The notes: a model not told the origin generated them from the letters alone. DNA of 15,954 bases from Chthoniobacteraceae bacterium (GCA_031409655.1 JANNXQ010000191.1:1-15954), one strand, 5' to 3'. Shown: positions 7,891 through 15,954, counted from the stretch's first letter. A program made the numbers and translations.

Positions 7891-10794
7891 CTACTCCGGT
7901 AGCGCGAAGGCCACCCAGGCGTCGCCTGCAGGGCCGCCGAGTTTGCCGCCGCCGGTCGCGGGCAGGACGATGAATTGGCGGCCAGCGACTTCGTAGCTCG
8001 TGGGCGGGGCGGTGCCGTGCAGTTCGAGCGGGTGGCTCCACAACTCCGCGCCGGTGTCGGCGTCGAAGGCACGGATTTTTTTGTCGCGCGTGCCGCTCAC
8101 GAAGACGAGGCCGCCTGCGGTGACCGCTGCGCCGCCGAAATTTTCCTGACCGGTCTGGGGCATGCCGGCCTTGGTCAGTTCGTCGTATTCACCGAGCGGT
8201 TTCTGCCAGGCGATCCGGCCCGTGTTTAAGTCGATACACGTGAGCGTGCCCCACGGCGGGGTGCAGCCGGGGTAGCCTTCGTGATCCACGAGCCGATTCC
8301 AGCCGCCGAAGGTCCACGCGGGCTCGGCGGATTTCTTCGCAGTGATCGGGCGATCGCGGACGAGGAGGAAATCGAGCAGCGGCCCGAGCTGATCCTCAGT
8401 GAGCTGGGGCATCGGGGGCATCGTGCCTTTGCCGTTTTTGAGCTGCGCGCGGATCTCGGAATCGGTGAGCCGGTGGCGCAGGCCGCGCAATGGCGGCGCG
8501 GGGCCGAGGCCTTTGCGATCCGGCCCGTGGCAGGCGACGCAGATGCTCAGGTACACTTGCTCTCCAGCCGTCGGCGGCACGAGCGGCGCGGGATCGTCGT
8601 CGCGGAAACACGTCATGAACCACGGGATCTCGTTTGCGCTCACGTAGAGTTTTCCACTGCGCGGATCGGCTGCGGCACCGGTCCACTCCGCGCCGCCGTG
8701 GATGTGAAACATCACCGTGGGCTTCGCTTCGTCGAAGCTCGGATACGGCCCGAGATTTCCCCGCTGCACGATCGGCAGGACGACCGCCGTGGCCTCGGGT
8801 GTGCGCTGCGTCACATCTTCCATCCGGAAGCCCTGCCGCACGAAGGGCTGCGGCAACTCGACTGCTGGCTGATACGGCGCGGTGACGTCGCCCGGCAGAC
8901 CGTGCGTGTCCACGCGCTGGAGCGGGAAGTCGTAAAGCGGCTGCCCGGTCACGCGATCGAGCAGCAGCGTATTTCCGATCTTCGTGACCTGCGCGACGGC
9001 GTCCACTTTGCGCCCGTGGCGCTCGACGGTCACGAGATTCGGCGGCGCGGGGATGTCCCAGTCCCAGATGTCGTGGCGGATTTCCTGAAAGTGCCAGAGC
9101 CGCCGGCCAGTCAGCGCGTCGAGCGCGAGCACGCAGTTTGAGAAGAGATTGTCGCCGAGGTGACCCATGCCGAAAAAGTTCGGCTTCGGCGAACCGGTCG
9201 CGACGAAGGCGATGCCGCGCGATTCATCGAGCGCCATGCCGCCCCAGCAGTTCGCGCCATCCTCGATCTTGCTCCACGTCTCCGCGCCGGGCTGGCCGGG
9301 GTCGGGCTTCGTCTTGAAAGTCCAGAACAGCCGCCCATCGCGCACGTCGTAGCCAAAGACGTCGCCGAGATAACCCGGCACCACGAGCACGTGCCGAAAG
9401 ATCGCGCCGACCGCCGTGCCGCCCGTGGGCAGCGCCGTGCGCCCGTTTTCGCCGAAACTCGGGAGTGCCTGACCTGTCGCTGGATCGAGCGTGTAGATCC
9501 AGTTGCCCGTGGCAAAAATGAGGCGCGCGGCATTCTGCGCATCGCCCGGCCAGTGGAGCAGCCCGCGGCGCGCCGGCGTGTCTTCGAGCCGCTTGCCATC
9601 GTTGTTCGGGTTAAATTTCCACCGCTCCTTTCCCGTCGCCGCATCGAGCGCGGCGATCTGCTTCCCGGCGGTCGGCAAATACATCGTCTCGCCGACAACG
9701 ATGGGATTGCACTGCACATTGGCTTTGCCGTCGCCGGAGCGATAAGTCCACGCGACTGTAAGTTTCGCCACATTGTCTTTGTTGATCTGCTCAAGCGCAG
9801 AGAAGCGGTTCGAGGTCGGCCCGCCGAGCGAGCGCGTCCACGAGCGAAAGTCTTCCAGCTTCGGCCAGCCGTTCGCCGCCGTGAGTTCCTCCCGCTTCGC
9901 GGCGGGGATCGTGAAAACAGCGTCAGTATTTTTCGGCCCGAGTTCCTGCCGCAGCTTCTCCAGCCCGTCCAAATTCTGGCGCAGCCGCACCTCCGCATCC
10001 TCGCCCGTGTGATTGAGAATGCCCACGAGCCCATGCCAGCCGCTGTCGCGGATGGTTCGCAGCAGTTGCAGATCGAGGTCGCCCGTCCCGAGCACCATAA
10101 TCTTGTTCCCCGCCTTGTCGCCGCCGCGCGTCATCCCATTGAGATTCAGCGCAAGCAGATGCGGCTTCATCTTCGCCAGCAACGCGGGGAAGCGATCGAG
10201 ATGCTCGTGCCCGTGGTGGAGATTGTACACGAGACCGACATTCGTAATGCCGTCGCGCCGCAACCGCTCAATGACCGCAAGCTGATTCTCCGGTTCGCCA
10301 AACCATCCGCCGTGATTGTACAGCGCGACCTTCATCCCGAGCGGCGCCGCAGCCTGCGCGATCTCGGCAATGCGCCTCGACTCGCTTTCGACGCGCGCAC
10401 TTTGCTCCTCCGCTGTCTTCGTCATCTCGCCGCCCCCACTCACCCAGAGCTGCGGCTTCACCCCGTGCCGCTGGAAAAGCTCGAGCGTCTTCCTCGCCTC
10501 ATCGTTCAGCTTCGTCGGAAACCACCACGCACTCAGCTCCACGCCATGCCGTTTCAGCGCCGAGAGTTCATCGTCCCATGTCGGCACGTGTTCCGCGCGG
10601 TAGTCGTAAGCGAAATGTTTGAACCCAAGCTGCTCCAGCATCGCCGCCCTCTCCTCCGGCCCGCGCTTCTTCGCGTCAAAGGGCACGATGCACCACGCGA
10701 TGAGATTCTCGCGGGCGAAAAGGTCGGCCGCGCGACCGGACCCGGCGATTAAAATGCATAGGACGAAAGTGAAGAGGGCGGCGCGGGGTTTCAT
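7891..10794 (-). CDS. Fusion protein: xylose-isomerase/AP-endonuclease-2-like TIM barrel + PQQ-dependent (quinoprotein glucose dehydrogenase-like) beta-propeller with inserted monoheme cytochrome c
   Basis: 967-aa ORF with signal peptide. aa ~24-285 is TIM-barrel-like (NLIAWCIVPFDAKKRGPEERA, VALYNHGGW, LGTGDLD). PQQ motifs: RFSALEQINKDNVAKLTVAW, ALDAATGKERW, GANCWGGM, GDNLFSNCVLALDALTG, HDIWDWD, PPWGTL, VTAGGLVF. CVACH at 8541..8527 with a downstream GTMPPM axial-Met motif. Confidence 0.9.
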   Translation of the reverse strand: MKPRAALFTFVLCILIAGSGRAADLFARENLIAWCIVPFDAKKRGPEERAAMLEQLGFKHFAYDYRAEHVPTWDDELSALKRHGVELSAWWFPTKLNDEARKTLELFQRHGVKPQLWVSGGGEMTKTAEEQSARVESESRRIAEIAQAAAPLGMKVALYNHGGWFGEPENQLAVIERLRRDGITNVGLVYNLHHGHEHLDRFPALLAKMKPHLLALNLNGMTRGGDKAGNKIMVLGTGDLDLQLLRTIRDSGWHGLVGILNHTGEDAEVRLRQNLDGLEKLRQELGPKNTDAVFTIPAAKREELTAANGWPKLEDFRSWTRSLGGPTSNRFSALEQINKDNVAKLTVAWTYRSGDGKANVQCNPIVVGETMYLPTAGKQIAALDAATGKERWKFNPNNDGKRLEDTPARRGLLHWPGDAQNAARLIFATGNWIYTLDPATGQALPSFGENGRTALPTGGTAVGAIFRHVLVVPGYLGDVFGYDVRDGRLFWTFKTKPDPGQPGAETWSKIEDGANCWGGMALDESRGIAFVATGSPKPNFFGMGHLGDNLFSNCVLALDALTGRRLWHFQEIRHDIWDWDIPAPPNLVTVERHGRKVDAVAQVTKIGNTLLLDRVTGQPLYDFPLQRVDTHGLPGDVTAPYQPAVELPQPFVRQGFRMEDVTQRTPEATAVVLPIVQRGNLGPYPSFDEAKPTVMFHIHGGAEWTGAAADPRSGKLYVSANEIPWFMTCFRDDDPAPLVPPTAGEQVYLSICVACHGPDRKGLGPAPPLRGLRHRLTDSEIRAQLKNGKGTMPPMPQLTEDQLGPLLDFLLVRDRPITAKKSAEPAWTFGGWNRLVDHEGYPGCTPPWGTLTCIDLNTGRIAWQKPLGEYDELTKAGMPQTGQENFGGAAVTAGGLVFVSGTRDKKIRAFDADTGAELWSHPLELHGTAPPTSYEVAGRQFIVLPATGGGKLGGPAGDAWVAFALPE

Positions 10795-10911
10795 CGGCGG
10801 AAGAGTGCCGGAGGTGACCCAAATCGCGGGACTGCCTTAGACGCACCGGATGACCGCGTCCTTTGAAGGTCACTTTGACCCAACGCGCCCATCACCGAAT
10901 CCATTTGAAGG

Positions 10912-13900
10912 TTAATTGGTGACCTTGAGGTGCACGAAGCACTTGGCTCCCGGATTGGGAATGGTGACGGCCACGTGATCGAAGGGACTGCCGGGAGTGA
11001 TCGCTACCGCACCCGCAGTGGTTACGGGAATGGCCACCGCCGTCCAGCCGGCCAGATCGCTGCCGTATTGCACGACCTGTGTGGTGACCGGTAGCGACAG
11101 GTCGCTGCGGTCATACTCGAAGATCCAATTGTTTCCGCTCCGCGTCAGTTTCGGCAGGACGGCTAGCGACGAGCTTATCGGATTGCCGCCAAGCGCGAAC
11201 GCCAGAAGGTTGGAAATGCCATCACGATTCGGGTCGTCCAGCGGTCTGTCGTTGACGCCGGCCGTCAGCCCGTATGCGGGATTGGCCGCCCAGGCTCCGT
11301 AGGGCGACAGCACGACCTGACTTAGAAGCGTCGAAGTGCTCCCGACATGGTTCGCGTTCCCGGCATACCGCGCGGTGATGTTGTGCGTTCCAACCGCGAG
11401 GCTGGAAACGCTGAAACTGGCATTGAAGCTGCCGTTCAGGGCGTTCGTGCCCATGGCCGTGGGGCCATCATAGAAAGTCACGTTGCCTGCCGGTGTGCCT
11501 CCGCTCACCGTGGCGGTGAAGGTGATGGAGGTGCCCAGGGCGGCGGGGTTGAGGCTGCTGGTCACGGTCGTGGCCGTGGCGCTGGGGACAGTTACTGTGC
11601 CGGTGCCGGAAAAGTAAGTGTCATTCTTGTTCGTCGCTGGCGAAGCCGTGGAGCCATAGGTTCCGGCAGGCATCGGGGCACCGCCGTTGTAAGTCAGCGC
11701 CGCGATCGTGCGGGTGCCGGTGTAATTGAGGGCGACCTTGGCCCCGGTCGTGATATCGAGGGAGCCCGTGCCCAGGGCCGCGGACTTCGAGCAGGACAAC
11801 GTACCAGCCGTGATCCTGTTGGCCCCGGTGAAGCTGTTGGTGCCGGAGAGAATCAGCGAGTTACTGCCTGTCTTCGTGAATCCGCTGGCACCGCTAACAT
11901 TGCCACTGAGGGTCATGTTGTAATTGCAATTGATGGTCGTGTTTCCATTCAGGCTGACAGGACTGCTGAAGCTATTGCCAAATCCGTTATTGGAATTAAT
12001 CGTGCCGCCGTTCAAGGTGAGCGGGTTGGTCGCACTGACCCGTTCCATCGTGAGAGCGCCACCTTGATTGAGGGTGACCGGCCCGGTGCCCAGCGCCTGG
12101 TTCGCTTGCAAGCCCAACAAGACGATTCCGCTGTTGATGATGGTGCCGCCGCTGTAGGTGTTGGTGACATTGTTGATTTGCAGCATGCCCGCATTGTCTT
12201 TCGTCAGACCTCCCGCGCCTGACACCAAACCCTCGATAGTCACCTGGCCGCCGCTCGTGCCGCCGAAGTTTGTGAGTGCGGTCAAACTCACCGGAGCAGT
12301 GATGGCCACCGAGTTGGCGCTGTTCTGATTGAACTGCGGCAGCAACGTGCCGTTGGCTGCGAAGGTCAGGCTATTGGATCCGGCGAGCGTGACGGTGCCT
12401 GCAAAGTTGAGCTGGTTGAGCATAAACCCGCCGCTCAGATCCTGGGTCACGGTGTAGGTGCCGGACTTGCTGATCGACATGCGGTAATACGCCTGACCGG
12501 CAGCATCGGGCACCGCCGTTGCGCCCGCCGCATTGGTCCACGAGGTGGCTCCGCCCCAATTGCCAGACGCCGCCGCAGCCCAGAGAAAGTCCACAGGCTG
12601 GCCGGCCAGAACGCCGATGGAAACGGTGGCCGGAACCGAGTTGCCAGTGCCGTTGTTGACCAGAAAGGTAAAGCTGTCCCCTCCGCTATAGTTAGCCGCC
12701 GGGGTGTAGGTCAGGTTCGGAGCCGTTCCTGTTAAGGTGCCGTTGGTTGGCGGCGTCACGACGGTGTAGGTCAGCGTGCCACCGCTGCCGGATAGAGTGA
12801 TCGGCTGCGGGGTGTTCTGAACCAGGGTCACGCTCTGTGCATGGGCGTAGGCCGTGCGGGGCATTCCGGTGCCGTCATACAGCCACTCCTTGGCAATGAT
12901 TGCGCCATTGGCACCTGCGAACGATGGGCCGGTCCACTTGAGTTTGGCCACGGCCGAGCCGGTATTTTCATAATACTGCATTTGCAGGTCCAGGACCTGG
13001 CCGGCTGTCAGGTTGAGCGATGCGCTGTCCTTCCAGTTGGTCGTCTGATCCACGTAGTCATCGATGACCAAAACCCCATTCAAATACAATCTGACGCCGT
13101 CGCTGTTCAGGGTCGAGAAGGTGTAAGTTCCGGTCTCCGGAACCAGCAGCAGACCATCCCAGCGCACGCTGAAGGTGTCCGCGCCGAGCGCGGTGTTCGG
13201 GGAGCCGGTGCCCCAGTCGTAATTCACCTCCGCGTCGGTGCGGATGAGTTTCAGATTAGTGAAGTCCATGTTGTCAAAATACTCGCCCTTCAGCCCGGCA
13301 CCGGCGGTGCCGACCAGGATGCCCACCGCGCCTGGATTGGAGATGGTCAGGCCGTCCGTGGTCCGGAATGTGAAGCGATCCGGCCCGGTGTAACCGGGGG
13401 TTGGGGTGTAGGTCAGGTTCGGGGCGGTGCCGACGAGCGTGCCGTGGGAAGGAGCGGTCACATTGATGAAAGTCACAGCCGTCCGAGGCGAACTGCCAGT
13501 GAGCGTGATGGCCTTGGCAGCGGTGGTGGCGACGATCTGCGAGTTGGCCACGGCCAGGCCGGGAACCTGGGCCGGCGCGGTGATGGCGGCTTCGATCGAG
13601 GCGATAGTGCTCACGAGCGTGGTGTATTGGGTCGAGGTCGTGCTCCACTTGCCGAGGTAACCCCTGAGCGTCGGCAGGGTATAGCGGGCGGCGTCCCCGT
13701 AGGCCGCCAGCGCATTGAGGCCGGTAATCAGGGTTTCGTCTGAGCCCCATTCGAATCCCTTGGGAATCTCCAGCATGGCCAGCGCCAACGGGATGCCATC
13801 GCTGACCTTGTATTTGGCCATGGTTTTGATTCCCGAAGCTCGCGGACTGGCACTCCACATTCGGTCGGCCAGGCACTCGATTTCGATGACCTCGAAGAAG

Positions 13901-15954
13901 TCCAGGATGAGCGCCTGCACATCCGTCAGCGGGAGACGGTCGAAGCAAAACTTGGCGGCTCCGGCGCGGGGGTAAGAGTCAGGCTGTTTCAAGCCGGTCT
14001 TGACGGCAGGATACAGCAGGCTCTTGGACGCATTGACGGTGTAGGCGCCCACATTGTTGCCGGGACTGCCGTCTCCTACGCCATTGCCAAAGAGCGCCAG
14101 GGATAGATAGCGGTTGCTGATCTGCACCGGGTCACTCCAATCAATCACGTTCGGATCAGTCGCGTTGGCGACGAAGGCGGTGAGCATCGGGGTTAGTTGG
14201 GCGCTGGCCGTGGCGGCGGTGTAGCTGCGGATCGCCGTGGCGGCTTTGGCACGGACCCACAAGTCAGCCTCGACTGCCTTGTTGAGCCGCCCGGTGATCA
14301 ATGGCAAGGCGGTGGCGTCCTTGAGAATTCCCAGTGCTTGGCAGGCACCCATGCGGCCATTGGCGTCAGTGCCTGCGACAATGCCACGCAGGGTGGTGAG
14401 TTCCGTGGAGGTCAGGGTGCGCTTCCCGAGTTCCACAGCGGCGTAATGGCGGACGACCGGATCATACTCGCTCAAGGCGGAGATCAATTGGGCGGTGGTG
14501 AAGCCGGGGGAATCCACATTGAACGCAGCAGCGGCGACTGCATTGGCTACCTTGGCCGCGTCGAGTGCGTTGGCGGGGATGGCGCTCTTGCCGGTGATGT
14601 GAAGCCGCTTCAGAGGAAGCGCATAGGTGAGCAGGTAACTGGCCGTGGCATTCATGCCATAGTAACCGCTCGCGCCCAGATAAGTGCCGTCGGAAGTCGT
14701 GCCCCCGCCATATTGCTCGCCTCCGTCATAGACAAATGAGCCATCGGTGCGGCGTGACAGGTCGAGGTGCCAGCGCACGGGTTTCAAGTATTCCGCCACG
14801 GCCAGGGAGCCACCCATTTTTGCACCCAGCGCGCTCCACAGGTAACTGAAGCCCTGGCCGGTATGACCGTATTCGCGGCCATTGAAACTGGCGGTGGTCA
14901 TGCGCGAGAAATACTCGGTCTCCACCGTGCGGCCGGTCTGCAAGCCGAAGAGCACGGCGCACATCGGGTCCTTGCCGTTGGACGAGTGGCCGGAGATGAA
15001 AGGCTCGTGTTCGCCGTAGGGAATCGGCCCCTTGTTGACATAAAAGGCGAAGAAGTCGGAGCCGCGCTGGATCGCACCGTCAATTTCCGGATCGATCGCC
15101 TGCCCACCTGCCACCAGCGCCTTTTTGCCCAGCACCATGGCGATGTTGGCAACGATGCCGACCGCATTCACCGGACCATAGCCGGTGCCCATGCGGCGGC
15201 CGGAGCCATCGGGTCTCAAGACGGACGCGCCGTGACCGAAGGTGCCATTGAGGGTCTGCGACTGCGCGAGCTTGAGCGTGTAGCTGTTAATGCCGGTCAG
15301 CACATTGGCATCACCCGTTGCCAGGTAATACTCGGCGAGAAACAAGCCGCCGTAGGCCCAGTCCCAAATCGGGAGCCCATTGTCTATCGGTCCCGCCGTC
15401 GCGATAGCGCGGGCATAGGTCTGCAGGCGGGTCTGCACTGTCGCGTAGTTCGGATCGCCCGATGCCACTCCAGCCAGCAAAGCCAGCCCGTCAATGGCAC
15501 CGTCCCAACCGTTGGTCAGGAAGTTCGGATCGGCGAGGAGCTGGCTGACCAGCTTGTTACGGGCGTTGGTCAGGATCAGCGCGGACTTCGGACAGGAGTA
15601 GGGAGCGGTGGCGGTGTAATCGCCCATGATCGTCATGGCGATGTTCACATCCGTGGTGGTGCCTGCTCGCCAGCGTTTTACACGCAGCGTGCCGGCGCCC
15701 GTTTTCTCGGCATCGCCGATCGCTGTGCCGAAAGCCTTGCGGGCATCACTGGTAAACAGCGGCACGACGCCGGTGCTGCCTGCCATCGCGCCAAGGATCA
15801 CGTCATCCACCGCCAGCACAGCGTTGCCCGGCGCGCTCGCCACGGTGACCAGGATCTGGCGGCTCTCGGTGGTGATGGTGCCGTCCGCGCCGTTTCCGCC
15901 CCCGATGTAGATCCAGCCTCGCAGCCCGGTGGCTCCGAGATTGTAGGTCTCGCC
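10912..15954 (-). CDS. Large secreted DUF6288-like multidomain protein (PDZ-like, DUF6288-like, HEAT-like, 2 Ig/cadherin-like, PA14, autotransporter-associated beta-strand repeats, Ig-like, C-terminal DPDxDG module); 5' end beyond the window
   Basis: The 1643-aa ORF stays open upstream to the window edge (GETYNLGATGLRGWIYIG...SRQILVTV), so 15843 is not the true start. Motifs: GPIPYGEH, SNGK, EYGHTG, RRTDGSF; GTAPNLTYTP twice; GLKGEYFDN...FSVRWDG...YYENTG (PA14); GLTKDNAG..NTYSGGT and FTKTGS..NSFTG (passenger repeats); TTVTSSLNP..ITFTATV..ITARYAG (Ig). Confidence 0.88.
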   Translation of the reverse strand, partial: GETYNLGATGLRGWIYIGGGNGADGTITTESRQILVTVASAPGNAVLAVDDVILGAMAGSTGVVPLFTSDARKAFGTAIGDAEKTGAGTLRVKRWRAGTTTDVNIAMTIMGDYTATAPYSCPKSALILTNARNKLVSQLLADPNFLTNGWDGAIDGLALLAGVASGDPNYATVQTRLQTYARAIATAGPIDNGLPIWDWAYGGLFLAEYYLATGDANVLTGINSYTLKLAQSQTLNGTFGHGASVLRPDGSGRRMGTGYGPVNAVGIVANIAMVLGKKALVAGGQAIDPEIDGAIQRGSDFFAFYVNKGPIPYGEHEPFISGHSSNGKDPMCAVLFGLQTGRTVETEYFSRMTTASFNGREYGHTGQGFSYLWSALGAKMGGSLAVAEYLKPVRWHLDLSRRTDGSFVYDGGEQYGGGTTSDGTYLGASGYYGMNATASYLLTYALPLKRLHITGKSAIPANALDAAKVANAVAAAAFNVDSPGFTTAQLISALSEYDPVVRHYAAVELGKRTLTSTELTTLRGIVAGTDANGRMGACQALGILKDATALPLITGRLNKAVEADLWVRAKAATAIRSYTAATASAQLTPMLTAFVANATDPNVIDWSDPVQISNRYLSLALFGNGVGDGSPGNNVGAYTVNASKSLLYPAVKTGLKQPDSYPRAGAAKFCFDRLPLTDVQALILDFFEVIEIECLADRMWSASPRASGIKTMAKYKVSDGIPLALAMLEIPKGFEWGSDETLITGLNALAAYGDAARYTLPTLRGYLGKWSTTSTQYTTLVSTIASIEAAITAPAQVPGLAVANSQIVATTAAKAITLTGSSPRTAVTFINVTAPSHGTLVGTAPNLTYTPTPGYTGPDRFTFRTTDGLTISNPGAVGILVGTAGAGLKGEYFDNMDFTNLKLIRTDAEVNYDWGTGSPNTALGADTFSVRWDGLLLVPETGTYTFSTLNSDGVRLYLNGVLVIDDYVDQTTNWKDSASLNLTAGQVLDLQMQYYENTGSAVAKLKWTGPSFAGANGAIIAKEWLYDGTGMPRTAYAHAQSVTLVQNTPQPITLSGSGGTLTYTVVTPPTNGTLTGTAPNLTYTPAANYSGGDSFTFLVNNGTGNSVPATVSIGVLAGQPVDFLWAAAASGNWGGATSWTNAAGATAVPDAAGQAYYRMSISKSGTYTVTQDLSGGFMLNQLNFAGTVTLAGSNSLTFAANGTLLPQFNQNSANSVAITAPVSLTALTNFGGTSGGQVTIEGLVSGAGGLTKDNAGMLQINNVTNTYSGGTIINSGIVLLGLQANQALGTGPVTLNQGGALTMERVSATNPLTLNGGTINSNNGFGNSFSSPVSLNGNTTINCNYNMTLSGNVSGASGFTKTGSNSLILSGTNSFTGANRITAGTLSCSKSAALGTGSLDITTGAKVALNYTGTRTIAALTYNGGAPMPAGTYGSTASPATNKNDTYFSGTGTVTVPSATATTVTSSLNPAALGTSITFTATVSGGTPAGNVTFYDGPTAMGTNALNGSFNASFSVSSLAVGTHNITARYAGNANHVGSTSTLLSQVVLSPYGAWAANPAYGLTAGVNDRPLDDPNRDGISNLLAFALGGNPISSSLAVLPKLTRSGNNWIFEYDRSDLSLPVTTQVVQYGSDLAGWTAVAIPVTTAGAVAITPGSPFDHVAVTIPNPGAKCFVHLKVTN
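12701..13422. repeat. 20-bp exact direct repeat inside the large CDS (duplicated Ig-like domains)
   Basis: GGGGTGTAGGTCAGGTTCGG occurs at 12701-12720 and 13403-13422, encoding PNLTYTP in both Ig-like domains that flank PA14. Confidence 0.8.

Noticed and set aside
9055..9075. HDIWDWD read as a lanthanide-binding DxD signature
   Set aside because: The DxD rule applies to XoxF/ExaF-type alcohol dehydrogenases. GDH-type quinoproteins normally have WDxD, so it is not diagnostic here.
8281..10752. Plus-strand ORFs 8281..9141 and 9160..10752, and minus-strand ORF 9111..10034
   Set aside because: Shadow or alternative-frame ORFs over the PQQ fusion gene; Arg/Ala-rich and without motifs.
10912..12600. 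Calling the giant protein a classical type V autotransporter
   Set aside because: Passenger-type repeats are present, but there is no ~300-aa C-terminal beta-barrel or terminal aromatic residue.
12701..13422. 20-bp direct repeat as a CRISPR, DGR or recombination site
   Set aside because: Only two copies, in frame, encoding the same conserved Ig-domain peptide; no array, reverse transcriptase or recombinase nearby.
10912..15954. Apparently lower GC suggesting horizontal transfer
   Set aside because: Not quantified, plausibly explained by Thr/Asn/Ser-rich composition, and no mobility genes or att sites are visible.

Overview
GC-rich bacterial window. Its gene families (DUF1501, DUF6288-like protein, barrel-less autotransporter-associated repeats, a DPDxDG-containing C-terminal module) suggest Verrucomicrobiota/PVC; this is an inference. 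There are seven protein genes, six on the minus strand. All six with a visible N-terminus appear exported or membrane-anchored, and the seventh has a surface-protein architecture. (1) A tandem-domain amidohydrolase runs off the left edge and is missing from the ORF track. (2) A membrane-anchored transglutaminase-like Cys-His-Glu protein. (3) An NPP/alkaline-phosphatase-superfamily enzyme. (4) A secreted protein whose N-terminal domain resembles animal temptin but carries a CxxCH heme-c motif, followed by an Ig-like domain and a C-terminal module. (5) A Tat-signal DUF1501 protein. (6) A TIM-barrel + PQQ dehydrogenase + inserted cytochrome c fusion. (7) A >1680-aa DUF6288/HEAT/Ig/PA14/passenger-repeat surface protein that runs off the right edge. 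A REP-doublet (REPIN-like) hairpin lies between genes 6 and 5. The most notable signals are the temptin-like putative cytochrome, a C-terminal module shared by two unrelated secreted proteins (candidate sorting signal), and a possible extracytoplasmic heme/PQQ cluster around a DUF1501 gene that lacks its usual partner. No rRNA, tRNA, CRISPR array or transposase was seen. All family calls come from motif recognition by eye, not database searches.
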